From positions 186,001 to 250,000 of the forward strand of contig MU008161.1 in assembly GCA_010909165.1 (NCBI GenBank): 64,000 nucleotides of DNA. The letters run 5' to 3'. A model generated the notes under the pieces. The model saw only the letters and a list, made by a program, of their open reading frames with translations, ran no database searches and was not told the DNA's origin. Shown here piece after piece: positions 22,809 to 35,117 of the stretch. Made by a program: the position numbers and the translations under genes. This DNA comes from Anthoceros angustus. Lineage: Eukaryota > Plantae > Anthocerotophyta. The stretch's first letter is position 1; every line of letters begins with the position of its first letter.

Positions 22809-24675
22809 ATGTCCCGGAGGGCCAGCAGGAGGCGGGAGGCGGAGAGCAGGCGGGAGCTGGCTCGAACAGTGCAGCGGTTGTCGGCCTTCACCACCGCCTT
22901 GGCTGCCTGCATCACTTTTTTTCAGCACCTCCGAACGATGTTTCGGGCGCTTTCGGCGGGGGCGGATCAGGAGAGTCCATCGATTCTGGCGGGGAGGCTG
23001 GCGGAGCATCACGTTGCGGGGACGTAAGGGTTGCGAGCACGACTGCTGTGTGTGGTGGAAATTTGTGGTGTTGATGTCGATCGTGTGATTGGTTGCCGTT
23101 GAAATTGACGTTCTTCTGTGGAATGATGGGGCAGGTATGCGAAGGTGTCTGGCGTGGAGGTTTATCAGGCACTTCGGATACCGGATTCAGGGCATAGAGG
23201 GCGCCGGGAGATTGATGCTGTGTTGCTGTCTAAGAGGTATTGTGAGCGCCTCCTGATGTGTAGTGATTAGGTTTTGATGCGCATTTGATTGAGGACAGCT
23301 AGCCAGCTTTGGTGTTTTCAGTAACTGAATCTCTGCCTTGTTAGATTTGGAATGGACTGCGGTTGTTGCATAATCATGAGCAGGGGGAGGTTCTCCGAGA
23401 TTGCATGGCATAATTGCACATGCGATAAGGTGCTTGACACCTGAGTGTGAATTAGGTCTATTTCCTCTGTTAATCAAAGGTTGACGTAAACCAGAGAGTG
23501 CTATCTTCTGGAGGTAAAAAACTGGTCTGGAACCATCACCCTCCACGATGATGGATCGTGGCTGCAGACACGCAGGGACGGATCAACACAGAGGTGTCCT
23601 AATGTGGTGGGTCTCGTCTGTGGTTGGGCGAGCTTCTTTTGCAAGTGGCGGGGAGAGGTCTCTTGCTGATTGTCAGGGGTGTAATCTTCAGGTGGAAGAA
23701 ACCAACTACAAGACTGCTCTGTTGGAGGACTACATTAGGAGAAGAGGCATTTCTTTACCTCCTGGCTTCATCCAAGCTAAGGTGGTTCTTGTGAACCGGA
23801 ATTGCAGGTAGAGGGTCTTCTCTAATCTGGATGATCGCCCCCACAACCTCTTGCAAGCTCAGTCAGGCATTCAGCTACGTTAGGTTTTACTTTGCAGTCG
23901 GCTGTTTTGGCTAGATTCTCAAATACTAGATTGTGTACAGGCCTGAACAAGCCATCATCATGCAGCCAGAGGTCCTGGTAGCCGAGAATTGGGAGGGTCT
24001 CCTGAAGCAGGAGTCAGCTGGTGGCATTCTCGGCTGGCTCAGAAGCATCTTGCCTGAAAGGAAGTCAGATAAACTGGATGAGCCCACTCTCAAAAAGCTG
24101 CATGCGATCCTTAGCACAGCTCCAACTTGGGACAAGTAATACAACTCAGAAAATCCTTCACCTTGCCTGCTGTGGCATGTGTCCTTTTCAGTTGATGGCT
24201 CAACTAGTACCATGTGTGCAGGCTTGAACTCGAAGGTGGACGAATCATGCATGGTGACTTTATACGCTTTCAAGGCCGCTCGGAGGACGAAGAGGCTGTG
24301 AAACGGGTGAAGAGAGCAACTGTGTGCAGCTTGACGATGGTCCACAGGCGGGGACTCCTGGCAAACTTCCTAGGTTGGCCACACACATGAAGCCGTTCGG
24401 CTTTCCTTGGTAGGCGTTGCTCAGTCCTCAATTATCTGAACTGCGTCTGCTCTGCAGGTCTGCTTTTGGGGTCTCCAAATCGTGTTCGGGTGACCGTCAC
24501 TTCACGGGATTACACAGGGGAAGGAACAACGTTATTTGGTCGGAAAATCAAGCAGCAGGAGACCTTTGAATATGTACTTTCCCCGGATCTACAAATAGTG
24601 TTCCAGCCTGCAGGCAAGGCAAGACCAGAGAACGTAAAGATAGGCTGTGTAAATAGCATGTCTCTGAGTACGTAG
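22809..24675 (+). CDS. NERD (nuclease-related) domain protein, conserved plant family; spliced
   Basis: In-phase GT-AG exons give VEVYQALRIPD...REIDAVLLSKR|ECYLLEVKNWSG...DGSW, LLEDYIRRRGISLP, LHAILSTAPTWDK|LELEGG, SRDYTGEG...IVFQP...NSMSLST*. It resembles the Arabidopsis At1g65020-like family (from memory). Confidence 0.8.
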
Positions 24676-24942
24676 GATAGTAATGGATCTAGCTAGCCTA
24701 GCTACACCAGGTAGCTCAGGACCTGTGCACTTACCACGACCTGTGCCACCTGGGACTAGTCTCGGTCTCTCCGGAATTCTTCCACTCTTGCCTCCCTTCG
24801 GCGGGACGTGAATAAGAGTGTGCTAGCAGCATTTACCGTGTACATACATACACTCGAGACCTTTGCATTTAGCTCCTCTGTCCGTTTCACGTATCCGCGC
24901 GGTCATTGAGGGCGATAGAGAGGTATGGGAGGAAAAAAACTT

Positions 24943-27220
24943 TATATGCGTGGAAAGAATCATGGGTGTTTTAGGCGGTAAGCGAAAATCAGCGAGAACC
25001 GAGGGTACCACACAGACATATTTCTCATTTAAGAGGTCTGAAATATTTGCTGGTCGAGGACTTTAAATTGTAGTGCAGAAGACGCGGGAAGGCTCTACAA
25101 CAACAACAATAACAATTTTATTTATGTCCGCTAAAGATGGAAGGACCATCATTATCATTGAGTTACTCCTCCAAGTCAAAAAAACTTTGGAATCTATCTA
25201 ACTTTAAACTTACTTTATTCTTGGACTCTGCCCCATACAAGACATACGGAATACTGTTCTCGTCACGGGCTCTCGTATGTGTAACATATTCTTTTTTTGC
25301 TATAATGTACTCAAATATGCCGCAGCATCTTCATGATTCCTTCATATAATACACGTATAATATGCGCCACATCAGCCTCAGTAGGGTCTTACACGGGCAA
25401 AAAACTTTTGGCAAAAAACTTTTATCACACACTTTTGGCTTAGTGTTCCCATTGTGTCATGCAGAAGTTTTGTTCTTTGGGGTTTTAAGATTACGATCAC
25501 CACATACACATGTTTACACGTTTATTTCAACAAGTTTGGCCTGCGTGCAAGCTTCGCTCTCGCATGCTGGCTTCACTCTCACATGCTCTCGCATGCTGGC
25601 TTCACTCTCTCATGCTCTCGCATGCTGGCTTCACTCTCGCATGCTCTCGCATGCTGGCTTCACTCTCGCAAGAAGGCTTCGCTCTCGCTTGTTGGCTTCG
25701 CTCTCGCGTGACAGTGGCTACAACATGCACCTAAGGCTTGTACATCGTGCAACATAAGAGGCTCAGCCTGGGCACAGGTTTAGGGTTCCTGTCTCATTTC
25801 TCGTCACTCTCCTTCATCACATAGCATCTAATGGCCTAGAGAAGGCATCCAGGCCACTCTAGGCAACCTTCATTCCTTGTCCAGGCCATCAAAAGCATGT
25901 AGTGGCTAGCGCAACCCTAACCACAAGTGGGCAAGAGAAAAAAACATTTGAGTGCATATCGACAGCGAGATCGATTTGCAGGTAGTAGTGGCCGGATGTG
26001 GTCATCTGTGACATAAATAAGCCATATATGGCAGGACTATTTCTTTGAGTACAAAACGCGTTTTCCCATCGGTACTCGATGAACATTAAGGTTGCAAGTA
26101 TGGCCTATATGCGTGGAAAGAATCATGGGTGTTTTAGGCGGTAAGCGAAAATCAGCGAGAACCGAGGGTACCACACAGACATATTTCTCATTTAAGAGGT
26201 CTGAAATATTTGCTGGTCGAGGACTTTAAATTGTAGTGCAGAAGACGCGGGAAGGCTCTACAACAACAACAATAACAATTTTATTTATTTATGTCCGCTA
26301 AAGATGGAAGGACCATCATTATCATTGAGTTACTCCTCCAAGTCAAAAAACTTTGGAATCTATCTAACTTTAAACTTACTTTATTCTTGGACTCGCCCAC
26401 AAGACATACGGAATAATCTTGTCGTCACGGGCTCTCGTATGTGTAACATATTCTTTTTTTGCTATAATGTACTCAAATATGCCGCAGCATCTTCATGATT
26501 CCTTCATATAATACACGTATAATATGCGCCACATCAGCCTCAGTAGGGTCTTACACGGGCAAAAAACTTTTGGCAAAAAACTTTTATCACACACTTTTGG
26601 CTTAGTGTTCCCATTGTGTCATGCAGAAGTTTTGTTCTTTGGGGTTTTAAGATTACGATCACCACATACACATGTTTACACGTTTATTTCAACAAGTTTG
26701 GCCTGCGTGCAAGCTTGGCTCGCATCTTGGCTTCACTCACATGCTCATGCGGCTTCACTCTCATGCTCTCGCATGGCTTCACTCTCGCATGCTCGCATGC
26801 CGCTTCACTCGCAAGAAGGCTCTCGCTTGTTGGCTTCGCTCTCGTGATGTGGCTACAACATGCACCTAAGGCTTGTCAGCAACATAAGAGGCTCACCGGG
26901 CACAGTTTAGGGTTCCTGTCTCATTTCTCGTCACTCTCCTTCATCACATAGCATCTAATGGCCTAGAGAAGGCATCCAGGCCACTCTAGGCAACCTTCAT
27001 TCCTTGTCCGGGGCCATCAAAAGCATGTAGTGGCTAGCGCAACCTACAAGTGGGCAAGAGAAAAAACATTTGAGTGCATATCGACAGACGAGATTGTCAA
27101 GGTAAGCCAGATGTCATCATCAGACATAAATAAGCCATATATGGCAGGACTATTTCTTTGAGTACAAAACGCGTTTTCCCATCGGTACTCGATGAACATT
27201 AAGGTTGCAAGTATGGCCTA
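24943..27220. repeat. Imperfect tandem duplication, unit ~1163 bp
   Basis: tatatgcgtggaaagaatcatggg starts at 24943 and 26106; both units end ttgcaagtatggccta. The second copy has small deletions. Confidence 0.92.
25551..25710. repeat. 29-bp minisatellite (gctctcgcatgctggcttcactctcgcat), about 4-5 units; degraded copy at ~26710-26850
   Basis: Direct periodicity is visible, with no unique spacers. Confidence 0.85.
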
Positions 27221-27858
27221 TGTCGTACGAGGTAGGCACTTGCATTCATATGAGCACTTCCTTAACAGACAACTAAGCAAAACAAATTTAATATGCAAAT
27301 ATAGGTGCAAACCAATAACAATAGAAGAGAGTAGCTCGCATATCATGGGACAAACACACTCTTCCCACAAGAACAACATGCAAATTTCTTACACATCGCT
27401 CTCAGAGTCATAGCTTTGGCCTCCTCACAACACTCTTGCATTGCATATCTAGAGACAAGCTACAATTTGAGCTTGAGCTTGTCCCATGTGAAAGGGTCTA
27501 TATATTCTAGCCCTTGGCATCGGCATATTCCTAAGATATCCTATTGGCATTAGCATATTCCGGAAATATCCTAAGAATACACTATAATATGCAAGAAATA
27601 TGCTAAAGTATATTACTTGTGCTTATCCATTTAGCTATTACTAACCATGTTTAATTAAAACTAATTAATAGCTTAATTAACATAAGTGCTTCAGAATAAT
27701 TAATATTAATTACTTATTTAATGTCAAGTAATTAGCTCAATTAATGCTAATCAAACACCAAACCCAAGTGCATAGATTAGTGTCACCGGCATGACAACTA
27801 TGAAGCTACGTCATCACAACACAACCTCTTCACATCTTCCGGATGGTCAGAAGGGACA
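27221..27858. mobile_element. Possible solo LTR (638 bp)
   Basis: TGTC...GACA termini with an internal minus-strand TATA (gaatatatagacc). No TSD, PBS or PPT was found. Confidence 0.4.
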
Positions 27859-29075
27859 TTGACCGCGCACTATTCCTAACCGTGCGATACTCGTTTCTAG
27901 ATTCTTGCCCCGGGAGCACGGCTGATGTCCCTGGCTCGTCCCGCCGCTGCCATCGATGCTCTGTTCTCTCCACCCGTGACCGATTCCGCAGGGACTAGGG
28001 GCATTGGTCGTTAACAACATGTATAAAATTAAAGACACCCTTCATGCAATACTTGTACAGGCAGTAAATAGCCCCGGCTGCATCAAAACCTTGCGGTTAA
28101 CCACCCCTAAGGTGCTTAATCGTAAAGGTAACTAACTTCAAGGGCTAGTCCCCTTTGGCCTGGTGCCCTCCTCAAGTTTGCCCTTTTTTTTTTTTTGGTC
28201 TCGGATAGATAGAAGTTTCTATTTATTTATTTATTTTAAATAAAATATTTGTTTCCCAATTAATTTCACAGTCAACCACCTTGGGATGATTTAGGACCAG
28301 ATAGGGTGCAAGTTAATATTATTTCAAATCATTCATATTCCTTCTTCCTCTCCTTTCTTTGCATATAGAGATAGCTCACAAATAGGTGCGAAAATCAGGA
28401 ACCATGCAACACATATGAAAACTGTGCGACACTAATAAAGTTATCAGCCCAATAGCGGTGCGGAAGTTATGTGCTTTGATTCTTCGTCCATCCCGGTGTC
28501 CCAACGGATGATGATGTGGCACTCTTGATCGGACAAGCCAGCATTAATAGCCATCGGTATCGATTTGCAAGCGTTAGAAGCATGCAAACAAATGCGATGT
28601 CAACAGATGAAATACTGAAAGCAAATTTCTCGTCTTTAGGTCTCGCAACTTAGAGTACTTGGCCCGATTCCGGCCAAGCAATTGCGGAAAATCATAGTGT
28701 GCGTTTTACTGAGTCAAAAAATTTAGAAAGTTACTTTTTGGATATGTCTCTTCAGTTTCTATTGAAGTACCAAACATCAACCAAAATTTGTATAAACTAC
28801 GTATACGAGCTTGTATGAAACCCTAAGACCAGAGTTCGGAATTGCAAACTGCTCTCCCGAACAGTTGGGCATCTAGACAGGATATCACGATGATGTCCCG
28901 GACACAATTGCTGGGCATGCGGACAACAATTGGCGGCTACTGGACAAATGGCTAGTGGACTGGACAAGCTCATAATGCATCTAGACAAAAGGGTGGTGGC
29001 CAGACAACAAACCTTACATAACAAACAGAGTCTTTGCCCGACACTTCTTCTAGCTATGGCGACAAAAGCAGCCCC

Positions 29076-29654
29076 TCACTTGGAGCCAATCTTGCAAATA
29101 GCAGCCGCTATGGTACTTGACTTCGTGAGCCTCCTAGCGCCTTCTTTCCACCGCAACTGAGCTCTCAATGCCAACTTTTGTGCAAGAGCTTCCTTCCTCC
29201 TAGCCCTTTTGTCTACGATTTCAATCTCCTTTTCATGGGCTTTTGCTAATGTTTCCTCTGCTTTCCGTTTTGCAACTTCAATCTTCTTTTGTTCAATTGC
29301 AGCTTGCCTTTCTAACCTTTCTGCTGCTTTTCTTACTGCAGATGCCTCCCTTTCAGACATCTCCATCTCCTTTGCTCTCTCTACCAAGATGAATGCCTCG
29401 TTAGACAAAATGAGTTGAAAATTGGATTCAAGACGAGGAAGTCTTCCTTCACTAAATTTGGGTTTATGAAGATGTGTGGAGAAGGCGGGAAAACTTGAGC
29501 AGCAAAGAGGGCTTCTGTGCTCAATTTTGAGTAGGACTTTAAGAGGCAGGCTGACATTCATTGATGGTGGTGTGGAGTTGATAAACCACTCTGGGTAACA
29601 CCCGTAGGACATTAAATTCCTGTATCTTAAGATAGCCAAAATTGAGTTTCCCAA
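29076..29654 (-). other. Unassigned ORF with a charged coiled-coil segment, possibly transposon-derived
   Basis: EREASAVRKAAERLERQAAIEQKKIEVAKRKAEETLAKAHEKEIE lies in AT-rich intergenic DNA. No family was recognised. Confidence 0.3.
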
Positions 29655-30308
29655 TGTTGTCTGGATGTGGAGATATCCAAATTAGACTAGAAAATAGTTG
29701 TTGTCTAGATGTGGAGATAACCCAAATTAGACTAGAAAATAGTATCTTAGGTGATTTGATGTGGTGGATCTAAATCTATCATGACCAAAGATATTTAACT
29801 TTATATAGCAATACTTATGGTGTAAGGAACGCTAGAGTTTCTTTAAAGCCGATTCTTATTATGTCCAAGTTACGGGCCGTGGGGGTCCGTCCGGAATCGG
29901 GCCAAGTACCTACTCTATAGCTTCATCAGGAATTTGATCTTTGAAGGCTGTCCAAATGACCTCAGGAAGCCATAAGCTGGCAAACGTAAATCCCGAGTCA
30001 ACGGTGCCGGGCGGGCGGCCTGCTGGTGTAGATTTGGCTGTGGGCGATCTCCGTGCCAGGCGAGATGCAAGAACACGCTGGGCTGTGCCCAATTCTTTTC
30101 GTATGGGACGTGAGACTAAGCACAGACTTCAATCGAGCACCACCAACCGGCCCTCACTGTGCCCGTCCCGATTTACGAGGTGGGCACACCAATGTCCGCT
30201 CGTGGAGTGTGCCAAGGTGTGTGTTTCAGCTGCCCGCCACTGCGTTGCAGTGTCTGCGACGGCTTCTACTTCAGGGATCCATGAGTATGGATTCAGCATG
30301 AGAAAAGG

Positions 30309-33300
30309 ATGAGTCTCCAAATGCCTCCAACCAGGTGCCTCGGTCCTCAGTGCGATCCTGTGTCCGCCAAGGGGCTGGGGGGGTCCAAGGTGCCCTTCGC
30401 CCTCAGCAGCCTATCCACGGCTCTGCTGGTGGATTCCTGTGACATGCCTCCCGCTTGCGCGTCTACAACAACTTCTGGAAGGAGAAGGTAATCAGTTGTT
30501 TGATGCCAGTTGGACTTGTGGAAGATTTATACCGGGCATGAAATTGGCTTATGTGGATTTATGCACTTTGACAAGTCTTGATATTGCAGCCACACTGAAG
30601 TATTTGCACCTGTACCTTTGTAGGCAAGGAATGCTTTCACCGAATGCTGGTGAATTAGAGAGATTTTGCAACGAGGGTCACCTCGCTAAGGCAATGCTTT
30701 CCCTGCTCCATCTCGGTCAGCAAGGGGTTGTGCCTTCGGTGGACGTGTATAAGAAACTGTTGCACGCTTGCATGAAAAAGCGATCTCGCTACGAGGCCCG
30801 GCAGATGTATGCTCATTTGGTAGAGCATGGGCTGGAATTGGACGAGCGTTTGGGTGACCTTGTCGTTACCACACTTGTCAAATGTGGGAACCTGGCTGAT
30901 GGTCTTCAGCTATTCCGCAGACTGTCCCACAGAACAGTGTTTTCTTGGACAGCCATCATCTCAGGGTACATCAATGCTGGACTTTGTCGGGAGGCTCTCT
31001 CATGCTACGAGCTGATGAAAGGAGAGGATGTGCAGCCTGACAAATATACCTTTGTCAGCTTACTCAAGGCTTGTGGCAGGTTACAAGACCTGGAGGAGGC
31101 CAAGCGCATTCACGCCCATGTTGTGCGATGTGGGTTAGAATCAGATGCGTTTGTTGGGAACACTTTGATAAGTATGTATGCAAAATGTGGGAGCGTAACT
31201 CATGCTAGACAGGTGTTTGACAGATTGTTGCACCGTGATGTTGTTTCATGGAATGCTATGCTTGGAGCGTATGTCCAGGGGGATCAGGGAGAACTGGCCC
31301 TGCACATTTTTGAGCAAATGCGGGTAGGTGGTGTCAGGCCAGATTCCTTAACTTTTGTCAGTGCTCTCCTAGCATGTAGCACCCTTGCAGACAAGGATGA
31401 AAGTGTACTTGTGGATGGGCAAAACATCCAAATAAGACTCTTGCAGAAAGGCAAGGAATTCCATGTTGAAGCTGCTCAGAGGGGTTTTGGAACGGATATG
31501 TCTGTTGGTCGCACTTTATTCGGTATGTATGTCAAGTGTGGGAGCATCAAGGATGCTCGGCATATGTTTGACAGATTGCCAGATCGAAATGTAGTGTCAT
31601 GGAATGCTATGATCAGAGCATATGATCAGAATCACCAAGGAGAAGAAGCCCTGGATATCTATAAACAAATGCAAGAGGCAGGTTGCAATCCTGAACCTCG
31701 AACTTTTGTGAGCACTCTTCAAGCATGTGGCCTCCTTGCAGAAAAGGAAGAGGGTGTGCTTATAGATAGTCAGCACGTCAAATTGGTGGCCCTGCAGAAA
31801 GGCAAGGACATGCACGCAAAAGCTGCTAGAAGGGGGTTTGAATCAGATATTTTTGTCTGCAACACTTTGGTTAGTATGTATGCAAAATGTGGGAGCATAA
31901 AGGATGCACAGCATTTTTTTGAAAGATTGTCTGACCGTGATGTTGTTACATGGAATGCAATGATTGCAGCATTGGCTCAGCACGACCTAGCAGCACAAGC
32001 TTTGCAGACATATGAGCAAATGAGCATGGGGTTTGGCAATCAAAATGCTCGGACTTTTGTCAGTGCTCTCCAAGCATGTGGCAATCTTGCAGAAAAGGAG
32101 GAAGGTTTTCTTTTGCATGGGCAAAATATCAAATTGGAATCATTGCTGAAGGGGAAGGTAATACATATGGAGGCTGCTGAAAAAGGTTTTAACTCTGATG
32201 CCTTTGTTGCTAGCTCTCTGGTCAGTATGTATGCAAAATGCAGAAGCATCAGTGATGCAGAACAGGTATTCAACAACTTGCTGCAGCGGGATGTTGCCCT
32301 ATGGACTGCAATGCTCGCAGCATACACTCATCAGAACGATGGGGAAAGCGCCTTGCAGATGTTTAGAGAAATGCAAGTGCAAGGTGTCTGGCCAGAGGCG
32401 CGGACCTTTGTCTGTGCCCTACAAGCTTGTGTTGTTCTTGCAGAAAAGGAGGAACCGGTCCTGGTAGATGGACAGTATGTTCACTCTGAGTCGTTGCAAA
32501 GGGGAAAGGAGATACATGATCAAGCTGTGAAAAGGGGGTTTGGATCAGATACGTGTGTGGCATGTGGGTTGATTAGTATGTATTCTAGGTGTGGTAGTTT
32601 GCGGGATGCAGTACAAGTATTTGACCAGGTGTCTGACCGAGATGTCACCTTGTGGAATGCAATATTGTCCATCTATATTCAGCATAACGAAGAAGAAGTG
32701 GCCTTGCAGCTCTACAGGCAAATGCAAGAGGAAGGCGTCAGACCTGATAGCCGCACCACTGTCTGTGCACTTGAGGCATGTCGTATCCTTGCAGACAAGG
32801 AGGAAAGCCTCCTCCTGGAGGGCCGACATGTGAAAGTGGAGTCACTGCGAATGGGAAAGGAATTACATCACGATGCTGCTGTGGGAGGTTTTGAGTCAGA
32901 TATGTTTGTAGGTAGCACGCTGGTTAGCTTGTATGGAAAGTGTGGGAGCCTGGCTGATGTGCAGCATGTGTTCAGCAAATTGTCCCAGGGTGATGTTGTC
33001 GCATGGACTGCAATGGTTGCAGCGTACGCTCAGCAGGACAAAGGGGAAAAGGCTTTGGAAGTCTTTTGGGAAATGCAGGTGGCAGGCGTCACACCAAATG
33101 CTTGGTCTTTTGTTAGTGCTCTTCGAGCATGTGGCTCTATAGCTGGAAAAGAAGAAAGTAGATTTGTGGATGGGCAGAATCTAAAGTTGGAGTCCCTGCG
33201 ATTGGGAAAGAAGGTGCATGCAGAAGCGCTTGAGAGGGGATTCCAATCAGATTTTTTGTGTCAGGTCTCGATTAGCATGTATGCAAAGTGTGGAAGTGTC

Positions 33301-35031
33301 ACCGATGCACAAATAGTGTTTGACAGGATGCCTAACCGCGATGTGCTGTCATGGGATATGTTAATTGCAGCATATGTCCAACAGGAGCAAGCTGAAATGG
33401 CCTTGGGCCTTTATGAGCGAATGCAAAAGGAGGGTATTAGTCCAGATGCTCGGGCCATAGTTAGTGCCCTTCAAGCATGTAGCATGCTCGCAGGAAAGGA
33501 GGAGAGAACACTTGTGGCTGGACAGCAAATCAAAGCGGAGTCTCTGCGGAAGGGAAAGGAATTACTTGCAGAAGCAGTCGTGGGAGGTTTTGACTCAGAT
33601 GTGTTTGTTGTGAGCACTTTAATCAATACTTATGCAAAATGTGGGAGCATTACTGATGCGGAAGAGGTATTTTTGAATTTTTGTGCTCATAATTCTGAGT
33701 CATGGACGGCAATGCTTGCAGCATATGCTCAGCTGGGCCATGGCAAGGAGGCCTTGCACATTTACAGACACATGCAACTGGAATCTATGAAGCAAGATGC
33801 TTGGAGTTTTGTCAGTGCCCTCCAAGCCTGTGGCAGCCTCGCAGAAAAGGAGAGGCACCACCTTGTAGATGGGCAACATGTCAAATTGCATTGGCTGCAA
33901 AACGGGCGTGAAATACATGCTGACCTTGTCGCAAGGGGTTGTGATACAGATGTATTTGTTGGCAATGCTCTGGTCAGTATGTATGCAAAATGCGGGAGTG
34001 TCGAGGATGCACTCCTTGTCTTCAACAGATTGCCAGATCGCTTTGAGGTGTCTTGGAACACTATTATCACTGCATGTGCGCGGCAGACTCGAGGAGATAA
34101 AGCTTTGCAGCTCTACGCACAGATGCATGAAGAAGGCGTGAAGCCGCAGGAAACTACATTTCTTGCTGTCTTAGAAGCATGTGGCAACACAGGAGACTTA
34201 GATGTCTGTGTGCACGCCCACCAAAGTATTGTACAGGGTGGATTCATAAGCTCTCTTTCCGTGGCAACCAGTTTGATTCATGCATATGGCAAATGTGGGA
34301 GCATGGCGGATGCACAATATGTATTCGACTGCCTACCGCAGTCAGATGTGGTCTCATGGACTGCATTGATTGCCGGCTATGCCCGCCAAGGGAACTATGA
34401 GAGGAGTATCCAATGCTATGAGAGCATGTGTCTGGCTGGCGTGAAACCAGATGGCATCACTTTCATTGCACTTCTAGCTGTTTGCAGTCATGCTGGCTTG
34501 GTGGACAAAGGACTAGAATACTTTGAAAGCATGAGAGTGGATCATGGCGTGCCTGCTCAAGTCCAGCATTATGTCTGTGTAATCGATCTTGTTGGTCGTG
34601 CAGGACTCTTCAGCAAGTTGCAAGAATTTCTGTCGGAAATGCCTATAAAGCCCAATATACTGCCTCTATGGCTCTGCCTGCTGGGAGCATGCCGGAAACA
34701 TGGTAATCTGGTGCTCGGAAGGCATGCCTTTGACTGTGCAATCAGCCTACACCCCAAGCAAGCTGCACTCTACTTGGTCATGTCAAATATATATGCCCAA
34801 GCTGGTCTTGTGGACCATGCGCAGCAGATAGATGAAATGAGACAGAGAGCAGGTGCATGCAAGGAGCCAGGTCAGAGCTGGATAATGCACAAAAGGGAAG
34901 TGCACACATTTCTAGTGCGAGACAGAAGTCATGCCCAGGATGCACTGCTATTTGGCTTTCTTGAAGACTTAAATTCAGGGCTGCGCAAGGTGGGATATGT
35001 GGCAGGCCCTGAGTACTGCAAAGGGCCTTAA
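30309..35031 (+). CDS. PLS-class PPR protein, 35 repeats with 8 LL-type motifs, E1-E2-E+ end and no DYW catalytic part; organellar RNA-editing specificity factor
   Basis: Regular P-L-S triplets (DVVSWNAMI / TFVSALQAC / LVSMYAKCGS), then L2 SHAGLVDKG, E motifs and the PG box KEPGQSWI. The protein stops after KVGYVAGPEYCKGP. A likely first exon 30309-30487 joins in phase to 30624 through a 136-bp GT-AG intron. Confidence 0.95.
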
Positions 35032-35117
35032 CTTTGCTGCATCTTTGTACATATTTACGTGTGTACATGACCCAGTTCCCTGTGTCATAGTTTGCAGTAT
35101 CATGAATCACACTACAT

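Noticed and set aside
30439-30623. ORF-track start of the PPR (likewise 22421 for PsbR and 43864 for VCCN)
   Set aside because: These are non-ATG or upstream in-frame extensions. A spliced first exon or downstream ATG fits the known proteins better.
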